A stretch of 64,000 bases of DNA from an uncultured delta proteobacterium (GTDB lineage: Bacteria; Myxococcota; Kuafuiibacteriia; Kuafuiibacteriales; Kuafuiibacteriaceae). The notes below the pieces were generated by a model. That model made no database searches, was not told the origin of the DNA, and saw only the letters and a program-made list of their open reading frames with translations. Shown here piece by piece: positions 59,140 to 64,000 of this stretch. Within the stretch, counting starts at the first letter, position 1. Each line of letters opens with the position of its first letter. The position numbers were made by a program, and so were the translations under genes. The DNA is taken from positions 2,752,001 to 2,816,000 of the forward strand of contig CAWDML010000001.1 of assembly GCA_963803435.1 (NCBI GenBank), read 5' to 3'.

Positions 59140-59294
59140 TGGGTGAGAGCGATGGGCCAGTTTAGGGGCGTTCCGGGGGTGCGAGCAAGAATGCGGCCGG
59201 GGCCCAGGAGAGGCGAGGTCCGCGCACCTGCGGATCGCTTGACAGTGCGACCGAGGCCGTGTGACCTGCGGCCCAGCCCGCCGGGAAAGCCCAA

Positions 59295-59975
59295 ATGACC
59301 AACCAGCCCAACGACAAGCCTGCACAGGAGCCTGAACCGCATCAGGAAGAGCCCAAGGTCATCAAGCGCTACTCGAACCGCAAGCTCTACGACACCGAAC
59401 GCAGCAAGTACGTCACGCTCGACGAGATCGCCAGGATGATCAAGGCCGGGGAAGAGGTCACGATCATCGACAACGAGACAAAGGAAGATCTCACCTCGGT
59501 CACGCTGACCCAGATCATCTACGAGGAGGAGAAGCGCGAGAGCCGGATGCCGCTCGCTATGCTCCGCAACCTGATCCAGACCGGCGGTGAGGCCCTCACC
59601 GAGTTCTTCGACAAGTCCGTGAAGACGCCCGCGCTCGAGGCCCAGCGCAGCGTCGAGAAGCTTCGCGACGCCGCGACGCGAAGCGTCACGGAGCTGACCG
59701 GATCGGCCAAACGCATGTTCGCCGAGCGCAAGGCGGAGGAGTTCCGAAAGGCTGTCTCGGCCGAGCTCGAGGACCTGGAGGCCCGGCTGAAGGCCCGCAT
59801 CCAGGACGTCGAGAGCCAGGGCGAGCCCGCCGACGAGGCCAGCGAGGCCGAAAGCAACGAGATGCTCGCCGCCCACAAGATCGACATCCACGTGACGATG
59901 TTGAAGGAGCGCCTCGACGCCATGCGACGGCTCGTCGACGAGCTGGAACGCCTCGGCCACCGCCACAAGAACTGA
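59295..59975 (+). CDS. PHA synthesis regulator (PhaR-like DNA-binding domain)
   Basis: IKRYSNRKLYDTERSKYVTL...EDLTSVTLTQIIYEEE. Confidence 0.88.
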   Translation: MTNQPNDKPAQEPEPHQEEPKVIKRYSNRKLYDTERSKYVTLDEIARMIKAGEEVTIIDNETKEDLTSVTLTQIIYEEEKRESRMPLAMLRNLIQTGGEALTEFFDKSVKTPALEAQRSVEKLRDAATRSVTELTGSAKRMFAERKAEEFRKAVSAELEDLEARLKARIQDVESQGEPADEASEAESNEMLAAHKIDIHVTMLKERLDAMRRLVDELERLGHRHKN

Positions 59976-60069
59976 CGTCCTCGCCTCGATTTCCCTGGCC
60001 TGCGACCGGGGGACACAAACGGAAATCGCTGGTCCTCGCGTTGTCGTTGCGACGAGATCGGGTCTCATC

Positions 60070-60627
60070 GTGATTCGCTCTCCCCACGCCGTCGGGCTCG
60101 GCACCCTCCTCCTCGCCGGATGTGCGAGCGCAGGCGTGTCCTGGCGCGGGACGGCCATCGCACCTGAAGGCAACAGCAGCCGTGAGTCGGCGATCGACGG
60201 CGTGATCGAGCGCGGCGGGTACTTCGAGGCCTCGCGGATCGTTCTGGATCGGAGCTTCGAGAGCGAAGGCTTTCACGGCGTGCCCTTCTCGATCGAGCAC
60301 GGCGATCAGGACGTGCTGGTGATCGAGTCCGAGCAGGCCTCGCTGGCGATCGCGCTCGACATCGAGCGCCTCGGCGACGAGCTGAGCGTGGTCGAAAGCT
60401 TCGTTCCCCACTTTTACCTGGACACCGAGGTCCCCGGCGTCTCCAAGGACATGCGGTACACGCTGGTGTGCAAGGGCGGCACCGGTCGCGTTCGCGCCGC
60501 CCGCGACGGCGAAGAGGTGCGAGGCGATCTCGCGATCACGGTGGCGTGCCGGACCTACGTCGACGGCAGCGAGCGGGACGAATCGGAGATCGCCCTGCGG
60601 GGCGAGTTCCGGGCGCCCGTCAGGTGA
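60070..60627 (+). CDS. Hypothetical lipoprotein
   Basis: Lipobox LAGC. Confidence 0.7.
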   Translation: MIRSPHAVGLGTLLLAGCASAGVSWRGTAIAPEGNSSRESAIDGVIERGGYFEASRIVLDRSFESEGFHGVPFSIEHGDQDVLVIESEQASLAIALDIERLGDELSVVESFVPHFYLDTEVPGVSKDMRYTLVCKGGTGRVRAARDGEEVRGDLAITVACRTYVDGSERDESEIALRGEFRAPVR

Positions 60628-61346
60628 GAGGCTGCGCGCCGAACGAAGAGCTCGCCGAGGTCGATCAACGCACCGATGCTCGCGAGCGCCCGCTGCGACG
60701 GCGCTTCGAGCGGGTCGTTCGCTCCGAGCGTCCGATCCTTTCCCAGCCAGAGGATCCTGCTCTCGCCCTCAGGAAACGCGTGCGTGATGAGATCGGAGAA
60801 CGTCCTCCGATAGCGACCACAGGTGGAGAGATATTCAGTATATGCGCGGTTGATCTGCTCGAGATCGACCGGGGTCGCGTAGCCCAGCACAGCGGGCTCC
60901 AATGCGGCGCGCAGCGACTCGACGCTGGCGCTCATCTCGTGGGCGACGGCCAGCAAATGGCGGCGGTCGAACTGCGCGGTGAGGATGTAGCGCTCCGAGA
61001 TCGCGCGAAGGCCGTTGGCGGCGCGCGTCGAGGACGCCGAGGCCTTCGCCAGTCGCGTGCGCGCCTTGGCCTCGGCCGGCGGAGACAATCCGAGCAGATC
61101 GACCAGTCGTCTTCGCGCCGGTACCGACGACAGCGCGTCCAGCCCCAGGACCCGCGCATTGCCGGAGAGCCGGGCCGCCGACTTGAGCGCCTCGAAGCCG
61201 CCGCGCGCGCGGCCGGGCGCCAGGACCGTGCGGGTCTCGCGACAGACACGCAGGCCGAGGCGCAGCGCGTGGGCCTCGATCGCGCGGCGCTCGAGCGGGC
61301 TCTGACCGCGCCGAACGCGGAGGTACGGATGGGTACCGGAAGCCAT
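60555..61346 (-). CDS. Hypothetical protein
   Basis: 263-aa ORF filling the interval; no recognised motif. Confidence 0.5.
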   Translation of the reverse strand: MASGTHPYLRVRRGQSPLERRAIEAHALRLGLRVCRETRTVLAPGRARGGFEALKSAARLSGNARVLGLDALSSVPARRRLVDLLGLSPPAEAKARTRLAKASASSTRAANGLRAISERYILTAQFDRRHLLAVAHEMSASVESLRAALEPAVLGYATPVDLEQINRAYTEYLSTCGRYRRTFSDLITHAFPEGESRILWLGKDRTLGANDPLEAPSQRALASIGALIDLGELFVRRAASHLTGARNSPRRAISDSSRSLPST

Positions 61347-61388
61347 TCATGAGACCTACGTCCGGCGGCGCCGATCGGATCCCGTGCG

Positions 61389-63288
61389 CTAGGAGCCGTG
61401 TAGCGCGTAGCGCTACCGCGAGCCCGGTCCGGGTCCCGGTCCCGGTCCCGGTCCCGATGGCGATCATGCAGCCCGGCGTGCGTTCATCGACTCGATGAGG
61501 CCGTGAGCCTCTCGACAACGCGCTTGAGCTTGGCTCTGGAGGCTTGGACCTTCTGCTCGTTGGCGAGTCGGCGCCTCAAGCAGGTGTGGAGTGAGGCGGC
61601 GCTTTCGGTGCCAGAGCGAAGTGACCAGCAGAAGTTCTTGGAGGTCGTTTCGTCTGGAATCGATCGTTGGGCGGATCGACTTCGACGCCTGGACTTGATC
61701 CCATGGTTTCGTGGCGAAGCAATACCGTTCTTGGACTCCGAGACAATCGTTCTTGCTCCCGCCGTCCCCTCTCGAGTGGCTCCCAGAAAATCATCTCGCG
61801 TACTTCGTCTTGGACGTCGTCGATGAGGTAGAGCTGAGCGCGATCGAGATCTCGATCCAGTCCAAGGACCCGCGAGGCGAGCGACCGTACTCGCCTCGAA
61901 TGATGATCGCGCTGCTTCTGTACGCCTACTGCACCGGCATCTATTCGTCGCGGAGGATCGCGCGGGCGACCTACGAAGACATTCCATTCCGGGTGCTGGC
62001 TGGAGAAAGTCATCCCCACTTCACGACGATCAACGAGTTTCGGCTGGTCCACCTGGAGGCACTGAAAGCGCTCTTCCTCGAAGTCCCGAAGCTTTGCCAG
62101 AAAGCAGGTTTGGTGCGGCTCGGACACGTCGCACTCGATGGCTCGAAGGTGCAGGCGAACGCGAGCAAGCACAAGGCGATGACCTACGAGCGGATGGCCG
62201 AGGAGGAGAAGCGGCTGTCTCTCGAGATCGAAGAACTGCTGGAGCGAGCGCGCACGATCGACCAAGAGGAAGACGGGCGGCTGGGCGTTGAAGAGACTGA
62301 AGAGGACAGCCCAGCGGAGCTCGCTCGCCGTGAATCCCGCCTTGCCCGCATTCGAGAAGCGAAGGCTGCGCTGGAACAGGATGCCGCCAGGGCTCGCGCG
62401 GAGAAATTGCGCAGGCAAGCCGAAGAGCAGCAGAGCAAAGCGGATGATGCTCTTGTGGATCGGGTGGAGCAGAAGCGAGCGAGAACTCGAGCCGAGAAGG
62501 CAAGAGCGCAGGCTGACCAGCTCGAACCATCCCCAGACCCAACTGAACGAAATGATGGATGGCCGCATCATCGCGTTCCTGCCAATGTGGACGGCACACC
62601 GAGGCCCAACGCTCAGAGGAACTTCACCGACTCAGACAGCAGGATCATGTTGAAGGAGGGAGCGTACCTCCAGGCCTACAATGCCCAAGTTGTCGTAGAT
62701 GAGCACGCTCAGGTGATTGTCGCCGAAGGGTCAGCAACCAGGCACCTGATCAGTGATCAGCAACACCTCGTCCCGATGCTCCGTGATGTGTTCGGCAACT
62801 GCGGCGATGCTCCGCGGAAGATGACGGCAGACAACGGCTATCTGAGCGCGACCAACATCGAATTCTGCGACAACAATCAGATCGATGCCCACATCGCTGT
62901 TGGACGCGAACAGAACCAAGACGCGTCGACTCCGTCCTCATCAGCTTCGGAGCCCACACCTGCCTCGCTCGCTCGCTCGCAAGCGAATGCGAGACAAGTT
63001 GCAAACGCGCGACGGCAAGGCGGTCTACCCCCGCAGGAAGAGTATCGTCGAACCGGCGCTCGGACAGATCAAAGCGGCACGAGGATTCCGCCGGTTCTCG
63101 CTACGCTCCTTCTTCAAGGTACGAGCCGAGTGGACGCTCGTCTGCCTCACCCACAACCTGCTCAAGCTCTACCGATCGAAGCTCGCGACCGTCGCGAGCG
63201 TCTGACTCAAGGCAGCCATCTTCAGATCGGGACCGGGACCGGGACCGGGACCGGGCTCGCGGTAGCGCTACGCGCTACACGCTCCTAG
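61389..63288 (+). mobile_element. IS1182-family insertion sequence with long terminal inverted repeats, flanked by CTAG
   Basis: 61389-61458 is the near-exact reverse complement of 63226-63288; CTAG at both ends; transposase inside; visibly lower GC than the flanks. Confidence 0.88.
61711..63205 (+). pseudogene. IS1182-family transposase, frameshifted
   Basis: LLPPS...WLPENHLAYF, YSPRMM, SSRRIA, LDGSKVQANASK, NFTDSDSRIM, AYNAQ, ADNGY; the C-terminal RRKSIVEPALGQIK...GFRRF lies in another frame. Confidence 0.88.
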
Positions 63289-64000
63289 GTCATCGCCCGC
63301 GCGACTGTGATCCCGAGCGCCATCACCGTCATCTGCGGATTCACACCCAGCGAGCTGGGCATCAGGGAGGCGTCGGCGACGTAGAGGCCGGGCACGTCGT
63401 GGGTCTGGCCGCCGGGGTCGACGACGCTCGAGGTCGGGTCGACGCCCATCCGGCACGTCCCCATCGGGTGGCTGGCATAGATGTGCATCGCGTGCTCGGG
63501 GACGTCATCGGTGAGCTGGGCCAGCGCCTCTCGCTCGGTGGTGACCCAGTCGGTGCCGCTGCCGACGCCCGGGAAGACCTCGGTCGCGCCGGCGGCGAAG
63601 AGGACGCGGACGATTCCGCGCAGCGCCTCGATCAGCTTGCGTCGATCCTGGTCGTGGAGCTGGTAGCGGATCTTGGGCTTGCCGTGGAAGCCGATCGTGA
63701 TCTGGCCATTTCCCTCGTCGCTGATGAGACCACCGCACATGGCCAGGTTCTTCAGCATCCTGATCCGCTTCATGCCGTCCACGCCGCTCCACGGCTGCGC
63801 CATGAAGAAGACCTCGGGCGGCGCGTTGTACGTCTGCAGCAGGATTCCGCGAGCGCGATCGAGGTGGATCGCGTACGCCTGAGGAACGCCGTCCCAAGAG
63901 TTGATCGCCTCGGGAACGAACCCGTAGGTGCCGGTGCTGGGATGGATCGAGAGGTTGCGCCCCACGTAGCCAGAGCGGTTGGCGAGCTTCTGCGACAACA
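63285..64000 (-). CDS. GMC family oxidoreductase (C-terminal part; start beyond window)
   Basis: VGRNLSIHP, SHPMGTCRMG, GLYVADASLMPSSLGVNPQMTVMAL. Confidence 0.9.
   Translation of the reverse strand, partial: LSQKLANRSGYVGRNLSIHPSTGTYGFVPEAINSWDGVPQAYAIHLDRARGILLQTYNAPPEVFFMAQPWSGVDGMKRIRMLKNLAMCGGLISDEGNGQITIGFHGKPKIRYQLHDQDRRKLIEALRGIVRVLFAAGATEVFPGVGSGTDWVTTEREALAQLTDDVPEHAMHIYASHPMGTCRMGVDPTSSVVDPGGQTHDVPGLYVADASLMPSSLGVNPQMTVMALGITVARAMT

Noticed and set aside
61372-61398. TCCGATCG on the minus strand as a fourth sigma28-like promoter broken by the IS
   Set aside because: Neither the current nor the reconstructed pre-insertion sequence has a CAA-type -35 element at the right spacing.
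61459-61710. 250-nt non-coding IS leader with the palindrome TCATCGA-C-TCGATGA as a possible guide RNA
   Set aside because: IS1182 uses a DDE transposase with no known RNA guide, and a single palindrome is not enough evidence.

Overview
High-GC, gene-dense window that looks like a Myxococcota-type genome (MYXO-CTERM protein, many lipoproteins, Ser/Thr kinases, zinc-ribbon/DUF3426 protein); the taxonomy is inferred from gene content only. Recognisable genes include trxB, an E1-beta subunit, proline dehydrogenase, copZ-copA, alpha-2-macroglobulin, a cystathionine gamma-lyase/synthase, an ECF sigma/anti-sigma/S41 protease operon, mutS2, rnj, tatA, a phaR-like gene and a decayed IS1182-family element. 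Main observations: (1) a SelW/Rdx-type selenoprotein (CxxU plus SECIS-like hairpin) at 7722-7946 that the ORF track splits; (2) a 43.8-53.3 kb cluster of signal-peptide-less unknown proteins in which three consecutive genes each carry a sigma28/FliA-like promoter, next to a SycD/LcrH-like chaperone, a candidate type III/flagellar-export substrate locus; (3) six frameshifts that all read GATC as GAATC on the + strand, probably a sequencing footprint of GATC modification; (4) an IS with long terminal inverted repeats containing hexamer arrays and a CTAG target; (5) a DUF4781-like protein with a possible His/Cys protease domain. No rRNA, tRNA or CRISPR array was seen. All family calls come from motif recognition by eye, not database searches.
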